A stretch of DNA of 64,000 bases from Candidatus Parvarchaeota archaeon (GCA_017608045.1 JAFCGN010000002.1:24596-88595), one strand, 5' to 3'; positions 9,255 through 21,120 are shown, counted from the stretch's first letter. The notes: a model not told the origin generated them from the letters alone. Numbers and translations are program-made.

Positions 9255-12200
9255 TCTAAAATAAGAGTTTTCGTCCGATTAGTAGCTGTAGGCTGAACAC
9301 CTCGTTGCCTTGGTGCTTACACCCCAGCTCTATCAACGCAGTCTTCTACTGCAGGACTTCAACGGTATCTCTTTTCGCGGCGGACTTCGAGCTTAGATGC
9401 TTTCAGCTCTTATTCCTTACGGCGTAGCTACTCAGCATGCCTTTTCAGACAACTGATACACCAGAGGCCGCGAGAATTCGTTCCTTTCGTACTAAAATTC
9501 CCTTCCGCTCAGATACCGGACACCTCCACCAGTTAACAACCATACTGCCTCGCAGCGTATTGAACCCAGCTCACGATCCCTTTTAATCGGTGAACACCCG
9601 CACCCTTGGCCGCCGCTGCGCGACCAGGATAGGAAGAGCCGACATCGATGAAGCAAGCCTCGCCGTCGATAGGAGCTCTAGGGCGAGACGACTCTGTTAT
9701 CCCCAGGGTAACTTTTCTGTCATACATGAGCCTCAGTAATTGGCAGCATGTGTTCGCTAAGCCCAGCTTTCGCTTCTGGATTCCTTGCTCTTTGGAATCC
9801 AGTCAGACCAACTTTTGCCTTTACACTCTACTCCGGAGTTCTGGCCCGGATGAGTTGATCTTTGGGCGCCGGTGATGTCTTATCGCCGGCGTACCACCCC
9901 AGCCAAACTGCCCACCTGCTACTGTCCCATTAATCAACTTAATGGTTAGTTATACAGGCAATGTAGGACGGTGTCTCATCGTTGACTCAGAATGTCTTTC
10001 GACAATTCGTCGGCGTCTCCCGTCTACTCTTCACTACACAACCCATACAACAATAACAAGCTGCAGTAAAGCTCCTGGGGTCTTCGCGACCCGCTGGAGG
10101 TCCCTGGTCTTTACACCAGGAAAATGTGTTCGCAGGATCCATGTTGGGGACAGCGGGAACCTAGTTATGCCGTTCGCAAAGCCATCATTTAAATGGCAAG
10201 GCATTGCGCTTGCTTAAGAAGGTTACAGTTACCTCCGCCGTTTACCAGTCTTTAGGCCCGTTGAACCAGGCTTTAGGATACTGGCACTGGGCAGGCATCG
10301 GCGACTATTCACATCGTTACCGACTAGCAGTCACCTATGTTTTTGTTAAACAGTCCGGCTCCCCTTGTCAGTGCCCCCAGCAATAGCTCATCACTATTGC
10401 TGGGACTCCTTATCCCGAAGTTACGGAGCTAATTTGCCGAATTCCCTCAACTATGGTTAATCCTACACGCCTTAGCCTTCTCAGCTAGGGGCACCTGTGT
10501 CGGTTCTCGGTACGGTCACCAAGAATCCTTACAGAACAGCTTTTCACGGACTCCAGGGCTCAATTTAATCCCCCTTAAGGGAGACCATTCCCAAGTTTGC
10601 CCTGCTTCTCCTCATTACGAGACTCCGCAGGCCTATCTTGGTTAGACACAACGAAGATTGTGCTAAATCTACCCCAAAGCGTCACTGTTCTGTCTTGTGT
10701 TGCCACACGTATCTTGGTGGTACAGGAATATTAACCTGTTTCCCTTTTGGGCACGACCAGTTAGGAATGCCCTTAGGATCGACTAACCCTCAGCTGACGA
10801 ACAGTGCTGAGGAACCCTAGCCCCTTCGGCGACAGAGATTCTCACTCTGCTATGTTGCTACTACCGCCAAGATTCTCAATTCTGAACGGTCCACAAGAAC
10901 TCACGCCCTTGCTTCTGCCCGAACAGAACGCCTCCCTACCCACTCTTTACAGAGCGCCAAGGTCTCGGTACCTTGTTTAGTCCCGTCCATTTTCTCCGCA
11001 TTGATTCTCGGTAGGTGAGCTGTTACGCTTTCTTTAAAGGATGGCTGCTTCTAAGCCTACCTCCCTACTGTTTATGAATCAACACAAGATTTATCACTTA
11101 ACAAGGATTTTGGGACCTTAACCTTGGTCTGGGTTGTTCCCCTCTCGGATATCAGGCTTACCCCGATACCCCGTCTCCCACCTTCTACGATACAACAGCA
11201 TTCGGAGTTTGACTGGAAGCCGAGGAATTTCTTCCCCTGCACTCCCGATCAGTAGCTCTACCACTGTTGTAATCTCTGGTGAGGCTGGACTAAGGTCCAC
11301 TTCGGGAGGAACCAGATATTGCCGTGCACGATTAGCATATCACTCCTAAACGCAGGTCATGGGATCGCTTGCACACAGAACCCCTTCAGACTTCCACGCC
11401 CCTTTTGGAGGCGCTTCATCTTGCCCACGCTTAGATCGCACGGATTCGGGTGTCATACCAATGACTACAGGCGCTATTCACACCTCGAGCCTCGCCACAC
11501 AAAGTGGTTGCGCTCAGTCGCTTTCGCTTCGGCTAACCAATTGCTGTTGGCTTAACCTCGCCATTGACATGAACTCCTTGGCTCTTTATCCAAAAGGAAG
11601 ACTGCAACCCTGACTTACGTCTTTCAGGCCGCAGCACACTATAACTGTTAGGTTTCAAGATCTTTTCAACAGCATATTTTGCTTACTTTTCAGCTTTCCC
11701 TCACGGTACTATACGCTATCGGTTTCAGCACGTATTTAGAGTTGGAAGTTACTGACTCCCATCTTCCATGAGGAATTCCAACCCCATGTACTCTGGAACA
11801 CTCTTCCATCTTCAACAGCTTCCTGTACGGGACTTTCACCCTCTTTGGTGCAACGTTTCAGTTGACTTGCAGTCACTATTGAAGATTTTAATAGAGGTCC
11901 TAAATCCACATCTCCATTGCATTACTGCAACAGATTCAGATTGCCCTTTGCTCTTTTCACTCGCCGTTACTAAGAGCATCTCATTTGATTTCTTTTCCTG
12001 CGGGTACTAAGATGATTCAATTCCCCGCGTTCCCGATCGCATATGCGAACAACATCCGAAGATGTTTGGAATCCTATTAGGGAATCTCTGGTTCAAAGGC
12101 TGCATGCGCCTACCCAGAGCTTATCGCAGCTTGCCACGCCCTTCATCGGCGGCTGAACCAAGCTATCCACCTAACAGCGTCTTTACTCTTACCTTAGTTG
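9255..12200 (-). rRNA. rrl: 23S ribosomal RNA
   Basis: The minus strand reads GGAUAGCUUGGUUCAGCCGCCGAUGAAGGGCGUGGCAAGCUGCGAUAAGC (23S 5' domain) near 12150 and ...GGUGUUCAGCCUACAGCUACUAAUCGGACGAA near 9280. It is GC-rich throughout and flanked by a complementary processing helix at 9229..9244 / 12209..12224. The ends are approximate, within about 15 nt. Confidence 0.9.
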
Positions 12201-12687
12201 AACACATACTCATTTATGCACGGCAGTCATCATGATTTGTGGTTTTCTTGGTTTAAAACCAACACTTCTCAAACCACTTTGCCATCACATAGCAACTCTG
12301 CAGTGTGCTATGCTCATATGATTTTATTTAAGCATAAAATGCTTTTAAGCACAAATTATTCTTTACTATTTAAAGGTTTTTGTGTTTCTTTCACGCATTT
12401 TTCAGTGTTGCGTCACTATTAGAATTCTCAGGGTCGCCCCATCACGGAGTATTATTTTCTTAAAAAAACTTATTTATAAAGATTACTATGAAAAAAACAC
12501 TTTTTATTTGAATATTATTTACTTAATGAATTTTATTAAATCTTTTTTAATTAAAAAACAAACTACTCTTTTATTTAATTAATATATTAATAAAGAAGAT
12601 GTTTAACGAAAGCGATTAATAAATTATTTGAATCCTTTAAGGTTTATTTCACAATATTTTTATAATTATTGCGATTTAAATCGTTTA

Positions 12688-13413
12688 ATGAAGCTTTACT
12701 TGGTACGTCATGCTCAAAGAGGTTTTGGATTAAAATTTGATGAACTAACCCCTTTTGGTATTGAACAAGCAAAAAGACTTGCTTATTTTTTTAAAAACAA
12801 AAAAGTTGATGTTGTTTATTGCAGTATAAATAATAGAGCAAAACAAACTTTAGAATACTTAAAACCTTTTCTTAAAAATGCAACAATTAAGTATACTAAA
12901 ATGATTAAGCAACACAATGTTCCTGAAGAAGTTGGTGAAGATGCGTTTAAAGTTTTAAAATTAAAAGAGCATGTTGAGTCAGAAGAAAGTTTAGAGAAAA
13001 GAACACAAAGATTCTTGAATTTTTTAAAGAAAAAACACAAAAAACATAGTGTTTTAGTTATTAGTCATAAAGAAGTTATAAAATCCTTGATTTGCAGGAT
13101 ATTAAATTTTCCTCCTACTGAGAAGATTTATATTAACAAGCTTCATAGTGCGAGCGTGTCTTCTTTTGATATTGACAATAATTTTAGAATAAAAAAATTT
13201 GTTATTGGGGATATAACTCATTTGATGAAGAATCCTTCATATCCTGTGAATAAAGTTCAAATTACAAGAGAAATAGGATGTCCAATTGTAAGAGCAGTGA
13301 TTCCAAAGAATGATAAGAATAATACTTTTTCTTGGTTAGAGAAAAACTATAAATTTAAACTTAAAGAAAATAAAAAATACAGTAATTATTTGATTCTTGA
13401 AATGAAGTTTTAA
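12688..13413 (+). CDS. histidine phosphatase superfamily protein (phosphoglycerate mutase-like)
   Basis: LYLVRHAQRGFG carries the RHG catalytic motif near the N-terminus. The tracked ORF begins 20 codons earlier, at 12628. Confidence 0.55.
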   Translation: MKLYLVRHAQRGFGLKFDELTPFGIEQAKRLAYFFKNKKVDVVYCSINNRAKQTLEYLKPFLKNATIKYTKMIKQHNVPEEVGEDAFKVLKLKEHVESEESLEKRTQRFLNFLKKKHKKHSVLVISHKEVIKSLICRILNFPPTEKIYINKLHSASVSSFDIDNNFRIKKFVIGDITHLMKNPSYPVNKVQITREIGCPIVRAVIPKNDKNNTFSWLEKNYKFKLKENKKYSNYLILEMKF

Positions 13414-14075
13414 TTTTTTACTTTTGAAACTTTTTTTGCATTTACATAATATTCAACAATCAAGAAAATCTGAAAATAATTAATTGCAGGCACCATTATT
13501 AACATAATTATGGTTGCAAGCATTATTTGTAAAAATAAAGAAGGAAGGAGAAGGGTAATAAGAAAAGCAATAAAAGGTATAATTAACAGAACTAAAGTGC
13601 CAACAAATATTTTTAATAAAGTGAAGAAGTAATCACTCCATGTTTTGCTAAATATCTTCCATGTTTTTTTGAGATTAAATGCTCTTTCTGCTTTTTTTGT
13701 TTCAACATATCTCATAATAAGAATGTTTGATAATCCGCTTAAAATAAAACCTGTAATCATGCCACTAAATAAAAATAAACTAAGGTATATATTTAATAAA
13801 TTAAATATTAATCCTATTACTTCTTGAACAATTACTGTTATAATACCAATAACAAATAAAAATGCAAAAAAGCGAAAACCTATATTGAAATTTGTCCAAT
13901 ACTCTCCAAAATCAGGAGTTTTTTTATAATTGCCTTTAAGTATTTCTTTACTTATTTTGAAAATGTAACCCATTAATGGAAACCATCCAAAAATAGGCAC
14001 TAAGATTAACCAATAGACTATTAAGCTTTTGGGATTACTAAAAGGATATTTTATTGCAGATTCAAACGTATCCAT
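13410..14075 (-). CDS. integral membrane protein, hypothetical
   Basis: Five to six hydrophobic helices; no motif. Confidence 0.45.
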   Translation of the reverse strand: MDTFESAIKYPFSNPKSLIVYWLILVPIFGWFPLMGYIFKISKEILKGNYKKTPDFGEYWTNFNIGFRFFAFLFVIGIITVIVQEVIGLIFNLLNIYLSLFLFSGMITGFILSGLSNILIMRYVETKKAERAFNLKKTWKIFSKTWSDYFFTLLKIFVGTLVLLIIPFIAFLITLLLPSLFLQIMLATIIMLIMVPAINYFQIFLIVEYYVNAKKVSKVKN

Positions 14076-14127
14076 ATTATCTACTTAGGAGAATTCTGTT
14101 TTTTAAATTTATGTTTTATTTAGCTTG

Positions 14128-14766
14128 TTATATGACTTTTATTAATTTAGTTAATTCGCTTATTTTGTTTATTCTATAAAACTTTAAGCCATTTGTTTTT
14201 ATTTCTCTTTTGCCAACAATTATTGTTTTTACTTTGGCTTTGTTTCCCATAATAGCATCTATTGTAGTATCTCCAACATAAACAACTTCATTGTTTTTTA
14301 AAGAATATTCTTTCATTATTTTTTTTATTCCTTCAGTGCTTGGTTTATGTTTTTTTATGTCATTTCTGCTTAAAACTTTTTTAAAATATTTTTTGATTTT
14401 ATAGTTTTCAAGAATTTTTTTCATAACAGGCTTTTCATTATTTGTTATTATGAAAAGTAAGTATTTCTTGCTGAGGATTTCAAGAGTTTTCACAGAATTT
14501 GAAAATAATTTTGCTTTTTTGATTAAATAATTTTTAAAGTAATGTTTATGCGCCCAATCAATCATTCTTTTGAATTCTTCTTTGCTTATGCTTCCTGTTA
14601 AGTCATGTATCCACTCGTCTGTTGTTTTTCCATAAGACGCGTCTATTTTTTCTTTTGGAACTTCTTTAAAACCAAATATTTTGAGCATGTCATTAAAAAA
14701 AGAAAAAATTGCTTTTTTACTATCTAATAAGACACCGTCAATATCAAAAATTACTGCTTTTATCAT
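14128..14766 (-). CDS. HAD superfamily hydrolase
   Basis: N-terminal VIFDIDGVLLDS (HAD motif I) and VYVGDTTIDAIMG (motif IV). Confidence 0.7.
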   Translation of the reverse strand: MIKAVIFDIDGVLLDSKKAIFSFFNDMLKIFGFKEVPKEKIDASYGKTTDEWIHDLTGSISKEEFKRMIDWAHKHYFKNYLIKKAKLFSNSVKTLEILSKKYLLFIITNNEKPVMKKILENYKIKKYFKKVLSRNDIKKHKPSTEGIKKIMKEYSLKNNEVVYVGDTTIDAIMGNKAKVKTIIVGKREIKTNGLKFYRINKISELTKLIKVI

Positions 14767-14871
14767 CTGAGATTTTTTTAATACATTTGTTCCTTATTTA
14801 ATTTTTTAAGTTTTATTCTTTTAAAAAATCAATAGGTAATATTTTAAACATCTATTTTTTAGTTTAAACTT

Positions 14872-15414
14872 ATGAAAAAATTTTTAGCCATTATAACAAC
14901 AGCTTTGCTGTTTGGTTGTACTGGCATCACAGGAGGTTTTACTATGAGTGGTGTAAAAAATGGAGACCATGTTTGGGTTGATTATGTAGGGACATTAAAT
15001 GATGGAACACTATTTGATACAAGTATAGAATCTGTTGCAAGAGAACATAATGCATATCAGGAAGGAAGAGGTTATGCTCCAATTGATTTTGTGGTTGGTG
15101 AACACAAGGTTATTCCTGGTTTTGAACAAGGGGTTTTAGGAATGAAGGTTGGAGAAACAAAAAAAATAGTTTTAACGCCTGAACAAGCATATGGTTACCC
15201 TGATCCTAAGATGATAATTGCTCTGCCTAAAGAACAGCTTTCCGCACAATTAGGAGGGGATGTAAGCATAAAAAAAGGAATGATTCTAATAACTAACCAA
15301 AACATGCAAGGAATTATTACAGATGTTAATGAAACAGATGTTGTAGTAGATTTTAACAATCCACTTGCAGGTAAAACTTTAAATTTTGAAGTTACTCTTG
15401 TTAAGAAAGAGTAA
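14872..15414 (+). CDS. FKBP-type peptidyl-prolyl cis-trans isomerase, secreted or lipoprotein-like
   Basis: N-terminal MKKFLAIITTALLFGCTG looks like a signal peptide with a lipobox. An FKBP domain follows (GDHVWVDYVGTLNDGTLFDTS...GFEQGVLGMKVGE). Confidence 0.7.
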   Translation: MKKFLAIITTALLFGCTGITGGFTMSGVKNGDHVWVDYVGTLNDGTLFDTSIESVAREHNAYQEGRGYAPIDFVVGEHKVIPGFEQGVLGMKVGETKKIVLTPEQAYGYPDPKMIIALPKEQLSAQLGGDVSIKKGMILITNQNMQGIITDVNETDVVVDFNNPLAGKTLNFEVTLVKKE

Positions 15415-15451
15415 AAAATAAAACTTATTATTTTTTTTATTGTTAAAATTA

Positions 15452-15781
15452 TTATTTAAAAAGATCTTCTAATTTAATTTCATGTTGATTTTTATTAGAA
15501 TCCTCGATTGTTATTCTTATTTCTTTTTTGAAGAATTTTTTCTTTAAATAAACATCAATTATTTTGAAAAATTTGTTATTATGATTTATTTGTTTGCCTA
15601 CCCATTGGTTTCCGAGAATTCTTATTAGAGAATAATATGATTTTTTAGAAAACTGTGCTTTAACAGTTTTCCTGTTAATATAAAAAAGAGAATCTTGTTC
15701 AATTCTTTCTTTTTTTGGAATTTTAGAATAAGGTTTTCTTGTTCTAATAGGTGTTATGTTAGGTATTTTATAAATTGTCAT
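15452..15781 (-). CDS. hypothetical protein
   Basis: A 109-aa basic ORF. Confidence 0.3.
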   Translation of the reverse strand: MTIYKIPNITPIRTRKPYSKIPKKERIEQDSLFYINRKTVKAQFSKKSYYSLIRILGNQWVGKQINHNNKFFKIIDVYLKKKFFKKEIRITIEDSNKNQHEIKLEDLFK

Positions 15782-15831
15782 GATTAGGATAGAAATTTGG
15801 TTTGTTTTTAAATTTTGTTATTAATAATAAT

Positions 15832-16932
15832 TTAAATCCAATCCTTGTTTTCAATTTTTGTGGGTAAATACTCTTTTGCAGCAAATTCAATTCCTTTCAT
15901 CACTAATGCATCTTGTTCTATTTTATTTCCAAATTTTTTAAGTTCTTTTAATTCTTTTTGCCATTCTTTTGTTTGAAACCAAGCGTATTTGCTTAATTCT
16001 TTGAGTCTTTTATAATCCTGATCCCCCATTTTAATAAAAGAATCTTGCGGCATATTATAATTTTTTACATCACTCATTTTGAATCCAAGAAACTTTGCTT
16101 TTGGAACACCGCTTTTTTCACTGAAATACGCTAAGTTAATACTTCCTTGTTTATACACGCTATAAATGTAATACCCCCAAGGATCCATATCTGTGAAGAT
16201 GTAAACAGGCAGTTTTAACTCAGTATGCATTCTTTTTAAAATTCTTCTTTCTGCCCTGCTTGGTTGACCTTTTCCTGTTAAAAGCAAACAATTATTTTTC
16301 TTCCAATACTTGTCTTCATTTAATCTTGCCCAAACCGCATCTTTCTCTACTACAAGAATGTATTCTGCATTGCAATCTTTGAATTTAACAACATCAGGTT
16401 CTACAATTCCTGGCACACCATAACCAGCACTGCCTAATTTACTTAAATCAATTTCATCACCACTATCTATTATTGTTATAGGTCCTGCAAGAACGCCTTT
16501 ACTACTTGCAAATAAATTTAGGTTTTCTCTTAATACATCAATAAGCACTTCAATGTCTTCAATAATTGGGTCGCTTTCATCCTGCGTGTCAAATGTGTTT
16601 TCTTTAAAACCAGGAATTGTGTGTTTTAATGTGTAAAAAAGCTGACGAATACTTAATGTTTTGTTTTGTTCAACCAACCATTTTATTCTGTCTGCTATGA
16701 GTATTGTTTGCATGAATTTTTTGGATTGCCCTATGTTGAAATAATATCTTTCTTGAAAGGAATCTTTTAATTTTATTAATCCTGTGTTTTCATCATAATA
16801 AACATTGCTTAAACTTCTGAGAGGTATGTTTAATGCAGGATTCTCGCCTTTCTTTAAATCATTTATTACTTTTATTCCAAGTTTAACTAATTTTTCTATT
16901 ATTTCTTTATCTGTTAACATAATCATCACCAT
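15832..16932 (-). CDS. top6A: DNA topoisomerase VI subunit A (Spo11 homolog)
   Basis: Winged-helix plus Toprim fold with the active Tyr region; 366 aa; it overlaps top6B by 26 nt in an operon. Confidence 0.85.
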   Translation of the reverse strand: MVMIMLTDKEIIEKLVKLGIKVINDLKKGENPALNIPLRSLSNVYYDENTGLIKLKDSFQERYYFNIGQSKKFMQTILIADRIKWLVEQNKTLSIRQLFYTLKHTIPGFKENTFDTQDESDPIIEDIEVLIDVLRENLNLFASSKGVLAGPITIIDSGDEIDLSKLGSAGYGVPGIVEPDVVKFKDCNAEYILVVEKDAVWARLNEDKYWKKNNCLLLTGKGQPSRAERRILKRMHTELKLPVYIFTDMDPWGYYIYSVYKQGSINLAYFSEKSGVPKAKFLGFKMSDVKNYNMPQDSFIKMGDQDYKRLKELSKYAWFQTKEWQKELKELKKFGNKIEQDALVMKGIEFAAKEYLPTKIENKDWI

Positions 16933-18844
16933 ACCTTTTAGTTAAGCATTCTTTCATAATTTTTTCAACTTCTTTTTCATTTTTTCCAGTCAATCTTGAT
17001 AATGCGAGCACAAGTTCTGTAGAGTATTTAACAAAAATATTTATTCTTTGTTTTTTTCTTTGTTCTCTATGCCTTCTTCTTAAATAATTGTTTAATTGTC
17101 TTGCACATTCTTGAAGTGCAAGTTTTATTTCTTTTAAGATTATTGGATAACTTGCTATTGCAGATTTACTCTCACTTGTAAATGGAACCCATACACTGCA
17201 AATATGAACTAAAATTGCTATTTTTCCTTGAGGGAGGCCTCTTCCACCACTTTGACTTAAACTATACCTCCTCCAATCCAAATCACTTACTGCTTTTGTA
17301 ATTGCACAACCCCCTCTTCCATACATTAAAGGCACTTTATTTGCAAATCTTATTAATCTTGTTTCATCTTTTAAATTTCCTCCATACGCAATTGCTGCTT
17401 CTATTTGAAATGGCATTCCACGATAAACTTCTGGTTCTCTTGTTACTGCAGTAACAAATTCTGGTTCAAATTCTGCTTTAAGTTCTTTTATTATTGCATC
17501 ATGGTCTATTGGACTTAAGCAATCTGTTGGAGGTTTCATTATGTTTGTGCTTTGAATTTTTTTAAGCAATGCTTCTACTTGTGCTCTTGTTAATTCAGAA
17601 GGTTTCATTTTTGGATTAAGCTTTGCTTTTTTTATGATTTCTTTTGCTTTTGACGCACCAATTCTGCTAAAATCTTGAGTTAAAAAAGATAAAAGACTTC
17701 TTTTATCTGTGTTCTTGCACATTCTTTGTAATGTTCCAATTTCTATTCCATGAGGATGCGCCTTTACTTTTAACGGCTCTTTTGGCGGTTTTTCTGTTGT
17801 TCTTTGAAAAATCGTTTTCTTGCCTGTTGGATCTATAAAAGTTATTTTAGCATAAGGATTTGCAATGCTTGTTAATCTTAAAAATTCAAAAATGCTTTTT
17901 TCGCCACTGCTTAAATAAGTGCCTTCAAGTTCAATCTCAATTCTTGTGCCATGTTCAAGAGTAAAATCATCATCAAAACCTTTTTCAATAATTTCTGGAC
18001 TATTGTTTAAAGTATCAATTAATAGTTTATAATAAACAGCAGGGTCTCGCGGACTTATTTTTGACACTACATAAGCAGGCCTTCCTGTTGTTAATTGCCC
18101 ATATAATACTGCAGCACTTATGCCAATACCTTGTTGGCCCCTGCTTTGTTTTCCTCCACCAAGTGATTGGAATTTAGAACCATAAAGTAATTTGCAAAAT
18201 ATTTTTGGAATTTGTTCTGGAACAATTCCCGGACCATTATCTTGAACACTAACAATGTATCTTGTGGTGGTTGTTTTTTTTGCAATAAATTTTTCTTTTA
18301 AGTCATTTACAATATATTCTATTTCATACTCTCCTTTATTGTTTTTACTTGCGAATATCTCAAATTCTTTATCTTTTAACTTGAAATTTGAAACTCTCTG
18401 CCTTTCAAACTTTATTTCTTTGTCATCTATTCTAATTATATTTTTCCCATCTTTCCTTATGCTTATTGTTCCCCTTCTTGTATTACTCTTATCAACAATC
18501 CTGAATTCCTCTTGTGCTTCACTAATTCTAACTTCTATGTCTGGAAGAACATGAATTATTTCTTTTTTTAAATTGCTAATCTTCTCCTTTAACTTTTTTG
18601 CTCTCTCACTATTTTTATCTTTAAGTTTTTGAATTTCTTTATAATATTTAAGCGCTCTTCGCTTTAATTCAAAAATAACTTCTTCACTTGCATCTAATGA
18701 ATTATCAACCGCTTCTTTAACACAAGTAAGTATTGCTTTTATTGGAGAGTCAAAACCAAGCAAATGCCTGTTTTTTTCAAAAAATTCTGCTACGCTTATG
18801 CTTTTCTGAGATTTTGCTAATTCATGCGCTATTGTATTCCCGTC
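16907..18844 (-). CDS. top6B: DNA topoisomerase VI subunit B (GHKL ATPase)
   Basis: Bergerat ATP-binding fold (DNGPGIVPEQIPKIF...GSKF) and the SVAEFFEKNRHLLGFD N-terminus; the start is taken as MDGNTIA. Confidence 0.85.
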   Translation of the reverse strand, partial: DGNTIAHELAKSQKSISVAEFFEKNRHLLGFDSPIKAILTCVKEAVDNSLDASEEVIFELKRRALKYYKEIQKLKDKNSERAKKLKEKISNLKKEIIHVLPDIEVRISEAQEEFRIVDKSNTRRGTISIRKDGKNIIRIDDKEIKFERQRVSNFKLKDKEFEIFASKNNKGEYEIEYIVNDLKEKFIAKKTTTTRYIVSVQDNGPGIVPEQIPKIFCKLLYGSKFQSLGGGKQSRGQQGIGISAAVLYGQLTTGRPAYVVSKISPRDPAVYYKLLIDTLNNSPEIIEKGFDDDFTLEHGTRIEIELEGTYLSSGEKSIFEFLRLTSIANPYAKITFIDPTGKKTIFQRTTEKPPKEPLKVKAHPHGIEIGTLQRMCKNTDKRSLLSFLTQDFSRIGASKAKEIIKKAKLNPKMKPSELTRAQVEALLKKIQSTNIMKPPTDCLSPIDHDAIIKELKAEFEPEFVTAVTREPEVYRGMPFQIEAAIAYGGNLKDETRLIRFANKVPLMYGRGGCAITKAVSDLDWRRYSLSQSGGRGLPQGKIAILVHICSVWVPFTSESKSAIASYPIILKEIKLALQECARQLNNYLRRRHREQRKKQRINIFVKYSTELVLALSRLTGKNEKEVEKIMKECLTKRYGDDYVNR

Positions 18845-18926
18845 CATAATCTCCCTCCACAAAATCATTATTAACAACTTGTTTAAATAATTTGTTAGAA
18901 AAAAAACTCAATTTTTCCAAACAAAA

Positions 18927-19460
18927 CTAATAACCAAGCATTTTTTTCATTTTAATTTCTTTTCTTTTTCTTTCAAGAAAAGTAAAAACATTTGAATGTT
19001 TTGCCCCATTTATGAGCATTTCAATAGCATTTTTTGCTATTAAAACTTCTTCTACTTCTCCAATAATCCCTATGGTGTCTCCATAAACAATAACAATACA
19101 TTCTGTTGTTTCTTCTATCTTCTTTTTGCTCATGCCCTCTCTTCCAATAATTCTTGATTTTATCCTTACAATATTATTTTTATTTTTTGCATAATCATCT
19201 AAATCAATTAATTCAAAAGAATAATTCTCATTTTTTAATAATAATGCGTCTTCAACAGAAAACCCTCTGCCAATCGCTTTTATAATATGCTTTGCAAGAT
19301 AAACTTTGAAAGAGTTCTCCCCAATAATGTTAACTCTTCCATTGCTAAAAACCTTTAATTTAATATTAAGTTCTTTTTCTATTTTTTTCTTGGAATTCCC
19401 TTTTCTTCCAATCAGAAAACCAATTCTTTTTTCAGGGATTAACAATTCTTCTTCAAACAT
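18927..19460 (-). CDS. KH-domain RNA-binding protein (Dim2/Pno1-like)
   Basis: Two KH motifs (IGRKGNSKKKIE and IGREGMSKKKIE). The usual archaeal partner of rio1 lies immediately downstream of it. Confidence 0.7.
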   Translation of the reverse strand: MFEEELLIPEKRIGFLIGRKGNSKKKIEKELNIKLKVFSNGRVNIIGENSFKVYLAKHIIKAIGRGFSVEDALLLKNENYSFELIDLDDYAKNKNNIVRIKSRIIGREGMSKKKIEETTECIVIVYGDTIGIIGEVEEVLIAKNAIEMLINGAKHSNVFTFLERKRKEIKMKKMLGY

Positions 19461-19463
19461 AAT

Positions 19464-20177
19464 TCACTCTTCCATTATTATTTTTTTAAATTTATCTATA
19501 AGCTTGTTATTTATTATAGTTCCTTTATTTTTAAACCATTTATTTATATTCTTTATATCTCTTTCCATGAATTCTAAAGCTCTTGGATGTTCTTTAACTA
19601 CTGCTTGCGCCCAATCAATTATAATTGGTTTTTCATTTTTGTTGAGAATATTGTATTCTGAAAAATCAGCATGAACAAGCCCAATTTTTAACATTTTTTC
19701 ATATTCTTTGATTATTAATTTATACATTTTATTCAATTTTTTAGGGTGTTGTATGTTAATAGGGCGTGAAGGACCTAATTTTTCATGAATGAATTCCATT
19801 AAAATTACATTTTTTAAGTTATAAATTGGTTTTGGAACAGCAACACCTCCCTCATATGCTTTAAGAAGATTCCTGTATTCCTTCTGTGCCCATAAAAAAA
19901 TGAGTTTTCTGAAATTTTTAGTTATTCTTGGAAATCTTGGGTCTCCTAAAATATAATCTTTTATTTTTTTAAAACCGCTTGTTTCTGTTTTAAAAATTTT
20001 AACAGCAATAAAACCTTCACTATTTTTTGCAAGGAATACATTTGCTTCTTTTCCTTCACTGATTATGCCTTTAAATTCTGAAAAATATCCTTTGTTCATT
20101 AATTGGTATAAAAGATTTATTGTGTAATCATCAAAAACTCCTTCATATATATCAAATTTTTCTTTATGTTTTTTCAT
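19464..20177 (-). CDS. rio1: RIO-type serine/threonine protein kinase
   Basis: GKEANVF...VKIFK (nucleotide-binding Lys) and HADFSEYNIL (RIO catalytic loop); 237 aa. Confidence 0.75.
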   Translation of the reverse strand: MKKHKEKFDIYEGVFDDYTINLLYQLMNKGYFSEFKGIISEGKEANVFLAKNSEGFIAVKIFKTETSGFKKIKDYILGDPRFPRITKNFRKLIFLWAQKEYRNLLKAYEGGVAVPKPIYNLKNVILMEFIHEKLGPSRPINIQHPKKLNKMYKLIIKEYEKMLKIGLVHADFSEYNILNKNEKPIIIDWAQAVVKEHPRALEFMERDIKNINKWFKNKGTIINNKLIDKFKKIIMEE

Positions 20178-20240
20178 ATAAGGATTAAAGAGAATGTTCT
20201 TTAAAAAATTTTAAAAATAGTATTTTTTGGTTTAATTTGT

Positions 20241-21119
20241 ATGGGGATTAAAGAAAAAATAAAGAATGTCATTTTTGCCTTAAAATTTAATGAATGTCTT
20301 GAAGAAGTAATTGAAAAAAAACATGTTTTTGAGCTGCTTTTTAATGAAATGAGAATCACAAGAAAAGAAGAAATTTCTGCATTAGAAGACCTTGTTGATT
20401 TAATAGACAGTCCATCAAAGTTTATTTATACTTCTAAGAATGATTTAAAGAATTTTTGTTCATCTTTTTTTCATGGAGATAAATTGTATAAAATCTTGGT
20501 TTTTATTCAAGAAGGTATTGCAAAACAAGAATATAATTTGAGAAAAAATTTTGAAAGAATTTACAATAAAAAATTAAATGAATTAAATAAAAACTCTCTT
20601 GTTTTTAGAACAATTGATAAGAAGATTAAAAATGATGCAATTTTTTTTAGAAAAAAATATCTTAATGAGGGAGTAAGTATTGAGTCTATTGAACTTAAAT
20701 TGCTTGCGTTTCCGTTTATCTTGATTGAAAATAAAGTAAAATCTATTGGTTTTATTGACACATCTTATGTGATTAATAATTATACTGATTTGGAAAGAAT
20801 GCAACTTCCTTTAAAAGAGAATGATGTTTCTGTTGGAATTCACGAAGTATATGAAGAGTTAGCAGGGCTTAAATCTACTTCAAGAGAGAGTGAAAGATAT
20901 AAAAGAAAATTAACCTTTGCTTTATGGAATAGCACAAATGTTTTAACACCTCTTTTGCGTCTTGAAAAAAGTTTTATTAATAGATTAAAATACAGGTTTG
21001 GAGAGACAGGACAAAAAGCAGATTGCACCTTTGCTTTTTATAAAGACATGTTTTCAAATAAAGGAATAAAAACAAGAATATACACTGATGATTTTAGATT
21101 AGAAAGATATTTTGAATAA
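20241..21119 (+). CDS. hypothetical protein
   Basis: A 292-aa ORF with no recognisable motif. Confidence 0.4.
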   Translation: MGIKEKIKNVIFALKFNECLEEVIEKKHVFELLFNEMRITRKEEISALEDLVDLIDSPSKFIYTSKNDLKNFCSSFFHGDKLYKILVFIQEGIAKQEYNLRKNFERIYNKKLNELNKNSLVFRTIDKKIKNDAIFFRKKYLNEGVSIESIELKLLAFPFILIENKVKSIGFIDTSYVINNYTDLERMQLPLKENDVSVGIHEVYEELAGLKSTSRESERYKRKLTFALWNSTNVLTPLLRLEKSFINRLKYRFGETGQKADCTFAFYKDMFSNKGIKTRIYTDDFRLERYFE

Positions 21120-21120
21120 A

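Noticed and set aside
9533-12422. Fourteen ORFs of 60-91 aa on both strands within 9533..12422 (for example 9533..9727, 9942..10217, 11359..11613, 12198..12422)
   Set aside because: They lie inside the 23S rRNA gene and its processing leader. Their composition is GC-rich, rRNA-like and Arg/Pro/Ser-rich rather than typical of the proteome, so they are spurious.
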